Source of the DNA: Octopus bimaculoides
Taxonomy: Eukaryota
Assembly (NCBI RefSeq): GCF_001194135.2
Contig: NC_068987.1
Location: 55,387,116 to 55,451,115 of the forward strand
DNA length: 64,000 nt
Reading direction: 5' to 3'
Shown here: positions 52,870 to 64,000 of the stretch, in pieces
Position numbering within the stretch: position 1 is the stretch's first letter
How the letters are laid out: every line of letters begins with the position of its first letter
The notes under the pieces: model-generated
Seen by the model: the letters and a program-made list of their open reading frames with translations, nothing else
Told to the model about the DNA's origin: nothing
The model's database searches: none
Position numbers and translations under genes: made by a program

Positions 52870-53500
52870 AAACCCTTACCCTTCTGTTATTCTCCAAGCC
52901 ACAGGCGCATGCTTTAGGTAGTTGTATTTTCGTCGTAGTCATCCACCTTCTGACATATTCATTAGGGAGATACATTTCCTTCTCTCATCTCACTGTGCTT
53001 TTAATTGCGATATGGAAAAGTCGATGAGGGCTCGAGCGAAGAAGATGATCTGTCCTCAATACTTTTTGTCTCATCCACAACACAACATCTTTCCCTATAG
53101 ACCATGGGACAGAGGATCATCACCCGATTCGCCTTGTTAATAGTGGTTGGTGGGGAGATCCTTACGATTGGTTCGGTCGGTAGCCGGATTCGCCCTACAT
53201 GTAACAGCTGTTCGACTTAACTCCGCAAATCAGTAATGCTCGAACACTGCAGGAATGCGTGAAGTACGGTTTCGTCGCTTTGCGCGAATGTCGGACCGTC
53301 CCGCCTAACAGCACTTCCGTGCCTATAGTGTTTTTCACGAACTAGTAGTACATTCCCCCATCACCACTTCGGTAGTACTGCCAGGCTGAGGATTTCTGGA
53401 AGTCATCCATGAAAGTCTTAGACCCAAAATAGTCTAGATAATTCGTTCTGGTTGACATTTAGAGTTTCTCCAAGAAGAAGCTTATTGTATAAAGTGCTCA
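52870..53500 (-). mobile_element. L1/Tx1-clade LINE ORF2 3' relic (zf-RVT-like region)
   Basis: Frameshifted fragments FMDDFQKSSAWQYYR and QSDETVLHAFLQCSSI. Confidence 0.6.
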
Positions 53501-53959
53501 GATGCACTACAATCCGTCAGAAAATGGTAACACGGGAGAGAAAGCAGTAAAAAGTCATGTAAAGCAAGGCATCATTGTTAGCTCAAAGTACCCACACTAC
53601 AGAGAATAAAACACAAAATGTCAGAATAGTATCCTGTAAAAAAAAAGAAAAAAACATGGTGGCAAGAATTGCATAAGGCGGTTGCTTCAGAGGCCCTTTT
53701 TTGCCATGTATGCAGTGTGCATACAGTGTTAGAGACCTACACTGTATGCTTAAGTTGCATGTATATGCACAGTGAATGTAGTTGTCAGCGAATGTTCAAT
53801 CAATTCCGATGAATAGACGGTCATCCACAATGGAAATATATGGGAAATATCCCGAGATATATTGCATCTTCCTCAACTGGATTCAAATGCATAGATACTA
53901 TGATGAATATGCACTCGATCTAAGTAATAAATTGCTTTAAATGTTGGAAGAAGGTCAAC

Positions 53960-54730
53960 AATTTTTTTTCAAGGGAGCGGGTTAGTCGATTACATCATCC
54001 TCAGTATTTTACCGATCCTCTGTTTCATCGACTCCGAAAGGATGAAAGGCAAAGTTGATCTCGTGGGTATTTGAACTTAGAACGCAAATAGTCAGAAGAA
54101 ATGCTGCTAAGCCTTTACCCGATGAGTTACGGATTCTGCCAACTCGCCACCTTAATCTGGGCGATACATTAGAAGTTTGGTGTGCTAGTTATAATTTCCG
54201 GCGCAAGTTTTAAAAGTATATTATGGAGGCCTTTCAAGCTAGGGAAGCGTTATTCCTATATCCACTTAGTCTACTTGAAGAGGTATGGATGTTTACAGGA
54301 CGTTAAATGTTGCGAGTTGGCAGAATCGTTATTGAACAGGGAAAAATACTTACCGGCAGCAAAATCCGCCAAAATCGACTTTGTTTTTCATCCTTCGGGG
54401 TCGATGGCATACGTACCCGTTGAGCACTGGTTCCAATGTAATCGACTTGACCTCTTTCCCGACACTGCTGGGTTTGTGCCAAAATTTGAAACCAATATTT
54501 CTGGACGCTACAAGGTGACGTGCTTGCAGAATCGTTACTGCACCGGGAAAAATGTTTAGTGGCATTTCTTCCGACCTAACGTTTTTTTTGTTCAAATGCC
54601 GCCAGGGTCGATTTTGCTTTTCGTCCTTTCGGGAACGATAAAATAAGTACCAGTTGAGTACTGAGGTCAATGTAATCGACTTACGCACTCCCCGAAATTG
54701 CTGGCCTTGTGCTAAAATTTGAAACCCTTA
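53960..54730. mobile_element. Three SINE family B copies (minus 53960-54160, plus 54310-54500, plus 54520-54730)
   Basis: Each has gtcgactttg...tcatcc..tcgg...gtcgat...gtacc..ttgag.actg...aatttgaaacc. Confidence 0.75.
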
Positions 54731-54879
54731 TTTCAGGACGCAATCAATCGAGGCCCATGATAAACTACTTTGATGATCGATGCTACTGTCATCACGGATA
54801 GTCTTTTGCTCATAGAGGCTCATCCTTTCATCTGATGATACGTTGTGGTAGAGTCGTGCGACTACTTTGGGCATGTATT

Positions 54880-55885
54880 CTATGTTATCAGACAAAGTGC
54901 GTTGCAAACTTGGTCAAGGGATGCACTTCGACACTTGGTGGTTAAACGATGTTGCTGAAGGGATGTGATGCGACATTCAAAGGCATTTTGGATCGATGTT
55001 AAACCTCTTCGGCTTTGTTTTCGTTTTAGGTAGAGGCGGTTTACATCACTGTTTATGTGGAAATTATGTGTACTTATTAGTATTTTTCGGGTTTTCACAT
55101 CAATGGCTCGGATCTCATCAAGCAGTCCAATCAAGCAGTCCAAATGTTGGTATGAGTACTGGCACTGCAAACACAATGTGAGTCATTATTTTATTGAATG
55201 CAGAGAGTTCTGAGGTCCAAATTTTCTTTATTTGGCTGTAATATTCTTTAGTGACGCGAGTTTTGTTACATGTGCCACTGTAAGATATATTTTCATCCAC
55301 CCTAGATACCTGTAACATTACTCGTCAGATACAGGTGAAACAGTCAAATCATTAATGAAGATGTTACTAGTCTGGTTTATAGTTTTCCCCTTTTCATAAC
55401 CATAAAAAAAAATTTATCCTGACCAAACTCCAATCCTACATCCTTTGAGAATGTTGTAACTAGATCAAGGCTCTTTTTCATCTCATGCATATTCTTTGCA
55501 TAAAGTTTTTAGTCATTTACAAAGAAACAGTGTGTAATTTTGGTATTTCTGTTTCTTTGTGAATCAGTGAGACATCCTTCAAACTTCCTTAACATGAATG
55601 ACAAGGGGTTTACAGAAAGTATAAAGAACATCACACAGAGGCTGTCTCCTCTATTCTATCGGTGATAATACATTCTCTCTTTGTGTTTAGTTTCAAGGTG
55701 AAGTCAGGTTAGCTATGGCTTTAACTATTCTCACTGGAACTTTAGCAAATTGAAGGGCTTCTAGCATCCACGAGTGGGGAAAAGAGTCAAAGGCTTTCTT
55801 ATAGTCTAGCCACATTGAAACTAGGTTCCTCCTATGCTCTCGCACCTCTGACATCACAGGTTTGTTAATTAACAATTGTTCGGCA
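54880..55885 (-). mobile_element. R4/Dong-like (RLE-type) LINE reverse transcriptase relic
   Basis: Collinear frameshifted motifs WLDYKKAFDSFPHSW, RGDSL..FILSVNPLSF, ITHCFFVND.KLY, IWTSELSAFNK...FAVPVL and DVNRLYLKRK..RRGL. Confidence 0.75.
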
Positions 55886-56165
55886 TACACACATCGGCAT
55901 ACATACATCGAAACTTTCGAGGCGACAAGTCGCGTATTTGGCGTGGGAGACTACCTCAAACTTTGGAGCCACAACTAGCAGCCTTGTTAAATAACTGGTT
56001 AATCTTCAGATGAATTAACTGTGGAAGCCTTTTATTCACGATCGTAGAGCATTTCAACTGAAACTTGAATTTAGCATGCAGAGTTGCTACAAACAACATG
56101 GCTGTATGTATGTATGTAGGTATGTATGTATGTATGTATGTATGTATGTATGTATGTATGTATGT

Positions 56166-56554
56166 GTGGAGGCGCAATGGCCCAGTGGTTAGGGCAGCGG
56201 ACTCGCGGTCATAGGATCGCGGTTTCGATTCCCAGACCGGGTGTTGTGAGTGTTTATTGAGCGAAAAACACCTAAAGCTCCACAAAGCTCCGGCAGTGGA
56301 TGGTGGTGAACCCTGCTGTACTCTTTCGCCACAACTTTCTCTTACTTCCTGTTTCTGTTGTGCCTGTAATTCAAAGGGTCGGCCTTGTCACACTGTGTCA
56401 CGCTGAATATCCCCGAGAACTACGTTAAGGGTACACGTGTCTGCGGAGTGCTCAGCCACTTGCACGTCAATTTCACGAGCAGGCTGTTCCGTTGATCGGA
56501 TCAACTGGGACCCTCGACGTCGTAAGCGACGGAGTGCTAACAACAACAACAACA
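56166..56554 (+). mobile_element. Full-length SINE family A in a (TATG)n tract
   Basis: Intact A box tggcccagtgg, B box ggtttcgattcc and (AAC)n tail. Most CpGs retained. Confidence 0.92.
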
Positions 56555-57147
56555 AAATGTATGTATGTATGTATGTATGTATGTATGTGAATCTGGTTCC
56601 CAAACGTATTCGGGGTGCCGTCCCCTTAGCAACCAGACAACGTCTCTAACACCCCCCACCACACACTCACCACCAGAAACATAGACTACTTTCTGCAGCA
56701 GAATCAAAACAACCGTGTTCTACAAATAAAACTTGACTTATTGAACTCATTATTATTATTTTTTTTTTTACATCCATCGACCCCTTTTGGTTACTGCATT
56801 ATTGTCCTACTTTTCTTGAACGCCCCTGGATCTTTCTCTACCTCCAAGGGGGAAGTATCACTGATCTCAAGTGTGTGTGTGTGTATGTACGTGTGTGTGT
56901 GTGCGCGCGCATTCGTGCGTGCGTGTGTGTACATGTGTTCGTTTGTGTTTGTATGTGTATGTATATATTTATATATATATATATGTATATATATGTATGT
57001 ATGTATATCTACATATATATGTATGTATGTATCTGTATATATGCTTGGGTGTGTGTTTGTGTGTGTGTGTGTGTGAGAACTAATCAACTGTGCCAGCTTA
57101 AGCTAGTGTAAATATTTGAGCAAAAATCTATCACCACTGAACCATAT

Positions 57148-57418
57148 TGTTGTGATGAGAGTTATGATGCCTCCTTGCGAGAGATAGACTGGTCCGAGTG
57201 AAGTATAAATAGTAACGATCCGAGTGAGTTCAAGAGTTCAGAGTTCGAAGTCGAGTGAAGTCTGTGTTAGTTCGCAGTGAAGTCGGAAGGTGTCGGTTGG
57301 TTAGTTCACAAGCAATATTGATTGCTGGTTCGTAAAAAAGATTTGTTAGTTCGTTACAATGTGCTTGTATTGTTGCCTGGTTATCTTATTTATTGTACGT
57401 AACAATTACTTTATAACA
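57148..57418 (+). mobile_element. Solo LTR (271 bp)
   Basis: TGTT...AACA termini, perfect 5-bp TSD catat (57143-57147, 57419-57423) and an internal TATAAATA. Confidence 0.85.
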
Positions 57419-57567
57419 CATATGTAAGATTAAAAAGAATTATCTGAGAAATATTAAAACGTGAATTCTATGCATTTCCTCTCTTATTATTCTTTAATTT
57501 CAAATTCAAATTCAAGTTACGAATAATTGATCTCTTCCTTTGTAAAGAATGTCCACTAGTTGATGAT

Positions 57568-57614
<47 letters not shown>

Positions 57615-57649
57615 AATATCACTTAAGAGAGCATAAATAATTATTTTTA

Positions 57650-58730
<1,081 letters not shown>

Positions 58731-58761
58731 TGTATGCACATATGTATGTATGTATGTATGC

Positions 58762-58811
58762 ATATACTAGCTTAAAAGCCGCTGTATCGGGCGGTTTTTA
58801 AGCTAGTATAT
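58762..58811. repeat. Compact 50-bp hairpin with CTAG-containing ends
   Basis: atatactagcttaaaagccgc / gcggtttttaagctagtatat with one G-T pair and an 8-nt loop. Confidence 0.8.
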
Positions 58812-59287
58812 AACTTTTAAGCAACTGACCCTGAATGGGAAGATATGCAAACAGATCTCTGACCTGTTTTGGAGAATTTGGTGCATGTAAAAAAATCGTC
58901 CAAAACAATCGCAGTAATGAAAACATCGGCCCGAAATGTTTTTAATTTACTCACGGAGTCAGTCTGATTCCAAAATGGTATGATATGTTGGGCTACGGCC
59001 TCTAGGAGTAAAGTTAAAAAGTGTGACACACCGACATTCAAATTTATTATATTATCAATAATATTAATACGCTAACTTTTTGCTTTTGTACGTACCTGTT
59101 GTGTGTGCCACACTTAAAAGAAGTGGCAAATCGAAAGGGAGGAGGACAGAGAGGAAGTAAGAGAGAGACAGAGAGAAAGGGAGAGTGAGAGAGAAAGTGA
59201 AAGAGTGAGAAAGAAAGGGATAGTGAGTGGTGCCAGGGTTCGTTTTATGTTTTTAAATGTTTCAGAGAGGACGTAAGAGAGAAAGAA

Positions 59288-59319
<32 letters not shown>

Positions 59320-59839
59320 CGAAAGAGACAGTGAGTGGTGATGGCGTTTGTGTTGTGTTTTTAAAAGTTTATCACATTGCAAGAGAAGTAGATACATAGA
59401 TACATATACACATTGTTAAATCAAAAGCGGGAGAGAAGAGGGACACAAAAGAAGTGAAAGAGAAAGAGAGTAAGTGAGAGTGACAGTCGATACATAAATC
59501 CAAAGAAAAGTTCATACATAGATACATGCAAACAGCAAATATTGGATGTCAGTTTCACTTTTCATTACCACACGAGGATAAAATGAACTCACGAATGACT
59601 AAGTATTCCACAGACATGCATAACATTAACGTAGTTCTCTGGGAGATTCAGCCTCACACAGAATATGACAAGGCTGGCCCATTTGAATTACAGCTATAAC
59701 TCGAGACATATATATATAAATGTATTTGTGTGTGTGTATAGTTTAGGTTAGTTAAAATATGTTTGCAACAATAAGTGTCACGTGGTGGAAATAAACGCAA
59801 TTACCAAACTTTCATTCATAAATCCACGTAGAGAAATGT

Positions 59840-59975
59840 TATCAGAAATGTTAGCACGTCGGGCGAAATGCTTAGCGGTATTTCGTCTGCCGCTACGTTC
59901 TGAGTTCAAATTCCGCCGAGGTCGACTTTGCCTTTCATCCTTTCTGGGTCGATTAAATAAGTACCAATTACGCAC
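59840..59975 (+). mobile_element. SINE family B (CpG-intact)
   Basis: gttagcacgtcgggcgaaatgcttagcgg...gagttcaaattccgccgaggtcgactttgcc. Confidence 0.75.
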
Positions 59976-60079
59976 CTTTCATAGCCCAGACGGAAACGAA
60001 CAAATAATAAGAGAATGAAAGATAACTAGAACGCCAGGTTTTCAAAACCAGAAATATATATATAATATATAAAAATATA

Positions 60080-62039
60080 TATAAAACCCTAAAGTGCGCT
60101 TGATTTGCCCAGGGAAATCAGATTTGGGGAGACTCAGTAAGGCCATTTTAGACAATTATATTCTAATTCTTAAGAATAAGTATAAGTTGCATTTTTCATC
60201 TAAGTATTATGAGGTTATCAATTGGTTTAATAAAATTGAGAATAAGGGTAGGACTAGGTTTATTCAAATAGATATTAATAATTATTATTATTCAATTAAT
60301 CAAGTCATTTTAAACAAGGCCCTAATATTTGCTAAGAGTAATTCTGACTTGAGTATTGATGAAATTAAGATCATTTTGGCGGCTAGAAAATCTGTTATTG
60401 AATTTGCGAATTAGTCTTGGGTTAGAAAAGATAGTTATGATGGTTTTGATATTCCTATGGGGGCCGGAGATTCTGCCGAGGTTGCGGACATTGTAAGTGT
60501 TTACATTCTGTTTAAGTTAGGGTGTGAGTTTCCAGAGCTTGCTGGGGGTTTATACCGAGATGACTCATTGTTTACTGTTAAGAATGTTACAAATAGGAAA
60601 TTGGATCAATACAGAAAGAAGTTTCACTGGTTTTTTAGAGTTAGCTTTGGTTTATTTATCACAATAGTAAATGAACATACATCTGTCAACTTCCTAGATG
60701 TTAACTTCAATTTAATTCCTGATATTTACAAACCTTATCATAAGCCTAACTCTAATCTGAAATATATTAATTCAGAAAGTAATCATCCAGGCTGTGTTAA
60801 AACATTTCTAATTTACAATATTTCTAGAAGAATTTCTGCCTTATCTTCTTGTTAGGAAATTTTTGATAGGAATGCTGATTACTATAATATAGCCCTTAAA
60901 AAGGTCGGTTACAATAGGAAAACTGAATATCTAGATATTTCCAGCTATGATTATACTGATAAATCGAAACTTATTAATAATGGCTATGGATTTGATTTGA
61001 AATGTCCCAAATCTAAACGGAAGGGTAAATATAAATCAGGAAGTGGGCATAACTACTGTGAGAGTAAGCCAGCCATGAGACATGGCTGGCCAGTAACGTA
61101 TTTTTCTGCATTATATGGATAATTTATCCTGATCACGCTATTTATAACATTACCACGCGTTTAAGAAATAAATTTATTTCTGTACCTTACAATACATCGC
61201 AATGCTTCTAAAAAAAACAAAAACTTTGTTTGTTTACTTTCATCGTAAAAGTTGAATTTATATGGTATGTTATTCCCTATGCCAGTTAATTAAAAAGTAA
61301 CTTAGGTGGGGCGGTGTATAAATTGTATTTAAAACACTTTAATAAAAAAGTAGATATGAGATTTTGAATCCAAGATCCATTAAGGTTGCATTTTTGGTCT
61401 CTCGGAATTTATCTCAGATTATTTCTTCTATTAATGAAAAGAAATTATCCAGTTTTTATCTTCGTGATAACTTAGCTAATACTAGCGAGACTAATTCCAT
61501 GAGTACCAATGTTAATGATTTTTCCTAATAGCCAGTTTGGTAGCGATGATTTGAATTCTAATATAAGTTTCAATAATAGTGGAACTTATAGCATTTCACT
61601 TAATGATAATTCAATTGTTGAAGGTGCAAATAGGGGTTAGAATTTCCTTTGTGATTGTAGAAACAAAGAAAATTGTTTATTCGGTAATTTTTGTAAGCGT
61701 AGGGATGTAGTTTATCAAGCTAAAGTTATTTCTGAAGGTAATGATTACTTATATATTGGTTCTTCTGCTAATTATATCTAGAAAAGGGTTTCGAATCATT
61801 ATCATTCCTTTAGGAACAGAAATAGGGCTTCTACTACTTGTTTTAGTAATTTCATCTAGAATCTTAAAGATAATAAAACGTATTTTATTCAATGGAGCAT
61901 TTTGAGGACGGCCCCGGCTTATAGGATTGGTAATAGGTTCTGCTTTCTTTGTTCTGAGGAATTATTTTTGATTCTATTTTCTAGAAGAAGGCGGCTAACC
62001 TCTAAATCTGAAAGGGTTTTTTTCTTGTGTTCATATTAA
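60080..62039 (+). mobile_element. 5'-truncated Penelope-like element: RT plus C-terminal GIY-YIG endonuclease (pseudogenised)
   Basis: RT motifs FIQIDINNYYYSI, FDIPMGAGDSAEV, GLYRDD and VNFLDV. Linker IWYVIPY. Endonuclease CDCRNKENC...VVYQAKV...YIGSS...NHYHSF...CFLC at 61650-62039. Confidence 0.88.
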
Positions 62040-62719
62040 TAAATGTGTTTAAATATTTTAATTAAAGATGTCTATTATAGGTGTTTTATTCTATTTGGTT
62101 TCATTTTGATTTAGTGGTTTTTGAGAGTTTGATAATTTTGATTTCACCCTTTGTAATTACTAAAGTTGGTTCCTCTTGCATTGTTTTTCCTTTCTTTTCT
62201 TTTGTTAATTTAAAAAATGTTTGAATTTAAAAAATTTTTAAATTTTCAATTTAATTTTTAAGATATTATGAATATTTTAATTTTGATTCATCTGTGATTG
62301 TGAGACGGTGGATTTTTACATTTAATTCATTTAATTATCTTACTACTGTTTTGATATTTCTATATATTTATTTATTAGCTGACCCCGTGCCCTTTATAAT
62401 TGATGGCTAATTGCTATTTAAACAAGGTACAAAATGAAGTACAGAATAATCATAGATACAAGCATTCACATATTTCCCAAGCACGCACATACACACACAT
62501 ACCCAAACAGAATTGGAATGATGTCAGTTTTTATTTTCAGAGTTGTACGTTTCCATTATGTCCGCACACTCAAGCGCACACACAATACACACACACACAA
62601 ACATTCACATACTTCCCTTTTTCATACACACACATATACACATACTCACTCACACAGAGGTGAATGCCTGTTCTTTTTACTTTATTAGCCCCTTCCTTTC
62701 TCATTCATACCGATTAAGA

Positions 62720-63180
62720 TATACGGTTTAGGCTTTGCGCTATCCCTTTGTGGAGAAGGCATATTCTGTCTGGGAGCGATCAACCCACGCCGAGAAACTT
62801 GACCCAGCGCTAAACAACATCTGCAAACCGATGACTGGTTGCATGAAACCCCAAAACACAAGCCACCTGCACCTCCACAGTGGCATTGACCCTGCTGATA
62901 TCAAACGAGAAGTGGCTAGTCAAGTCGGGACGACAAAAGTGATAAGCGCTACCTCTTCCATAATTTCCAACTCCCAGCCCAGCGACTGAAATCAAGAGGG
63001 TGTTTCCTCACCCATATCCATCCCCTTGTGTGGTCGTCACATTCGACCAGCCAACGAGCTAGAAAATTGAGAGGTTCATCTACGCTGATGACCTCTTTGT
63101 AGCATCCCAAGAGACTATGTTTAAAGTAGTGGAAACAAAACTCATTTCAGATCTAAATGAACCTCTATATTACAAACACA
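62720..63180 (+). mobile_element. Ingi/Vingi-like LINE RT fragments
   Basis: VWERSTHAEKLDPALN..C..MTGCMKP...SGIDPADIKREVAS, then RRFIYADDL at about 63070-63095. Confidence 0.6.
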
Positions 63181-64000
63181 GTCACACACATGGCAATCCT
63201 GCAAGGACTGAAGGGACTCGTTCCATCCTAGGAACGGTTAATCGAGAAGGCAACCGACCTCTTAATAAAAAGTAACTTTTATAAACACAATATCTCCTCA
63301 TATTTTTTGTTAAGCTTCTGAAACTTGATCACTTGGCGGGAAGTATAACTCAGTTACCTTCTTATGTTGGATACTCTCCATCTGTTGAAATATTGACGAG
63401 TTGCACTACTCATTGTGAACAAATGGCATTCAGCTACTTCAAGTATGAAAATATTATGAACGACAGTTTGAAGATGAGAGTTCATAATAACTGTCGTTTT
63501 CATACTCTTAAGTAGGAAAACAAGGAAGTTCTTTAATGTCATTGAAGAACAAAAGATAAAAGATAAACCTGATGATATCTCTTTCCATTACGTTGTCAAC
63601 CAGCATAATCTTGAGTAGGTTTGGGAATCTGTGAGTGCTTACTGTTACTTTCCTTAAACAAACAAAAATATCCTGACTATGTTGAAAGGTTGAATATATT
63701 TCTTACCGAAAGGAACATATTGCCGAGAAATTACAGTCATTTTTCCTATTATTAATAAGAGAATAATTGCATTGCCTGATATCGAAATAAAAGACTACGG
63801 ACTAGAAGAGTTACAAAGGTGAAATACAAGAAGTGTGGGAAAATTTCCTAACCAAGTTTGATGACTTCCAAAAACTGAAGCTTAGCTTTGCACTTCTTGT
63901 AAATCCTTTCATGAATAATATAGCCGATGATGTCAGAGAGAGGAACATGTCGATTAGAACGATGACACATCTTTCATTTGAAATGCACACACACACACAC

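Overview
AT-rich, microsatellite-dense animal genomic DNA with scaffold gaps. The repeat families and composition suggest a coleoid cephalopod, probably Octopus (inference). One protein-coding gene is well supported, on the + strand. A short ATG exon (24374-24415) splices in phase 0 to a single 6.8-kb exon (27771-34601), giving about 2290 aa with three dispersed C2HC-type zinc fingers, a perfect 8x30-bp coding repeat and His/Ser/Asn tracts. The rest is mostly mobile-element debris: three or four SINE families, RTE, R4/Dong, L1/Tx1 and Vingi-like LINE fragments, a Penelope-like RT+GIY-YIG relic, a mariner fragment, hAT and TTAA MITEs, a solo LTR and foldback elements. The most striking unexplained signal is a ~550-bp element (18137-18690) with a ~330-bp terminally redundant unit, an inverted 5' copy and an 11-bp flanking direct repeat. 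It contains a minimal type I hammerhead ribozyme whose one core defect (G12>A) looks like CpG decay, so it is a candidate non-LTR retrozyme or Penelope pseudo-LTR element. CpG depletion and two phase-compatible micro-exons hint at an unannotated minus-strand gene at about 35-47 kb. No tRNA, rRNA or CRISPR features were seen. All calls were made by eye, with no database searches.
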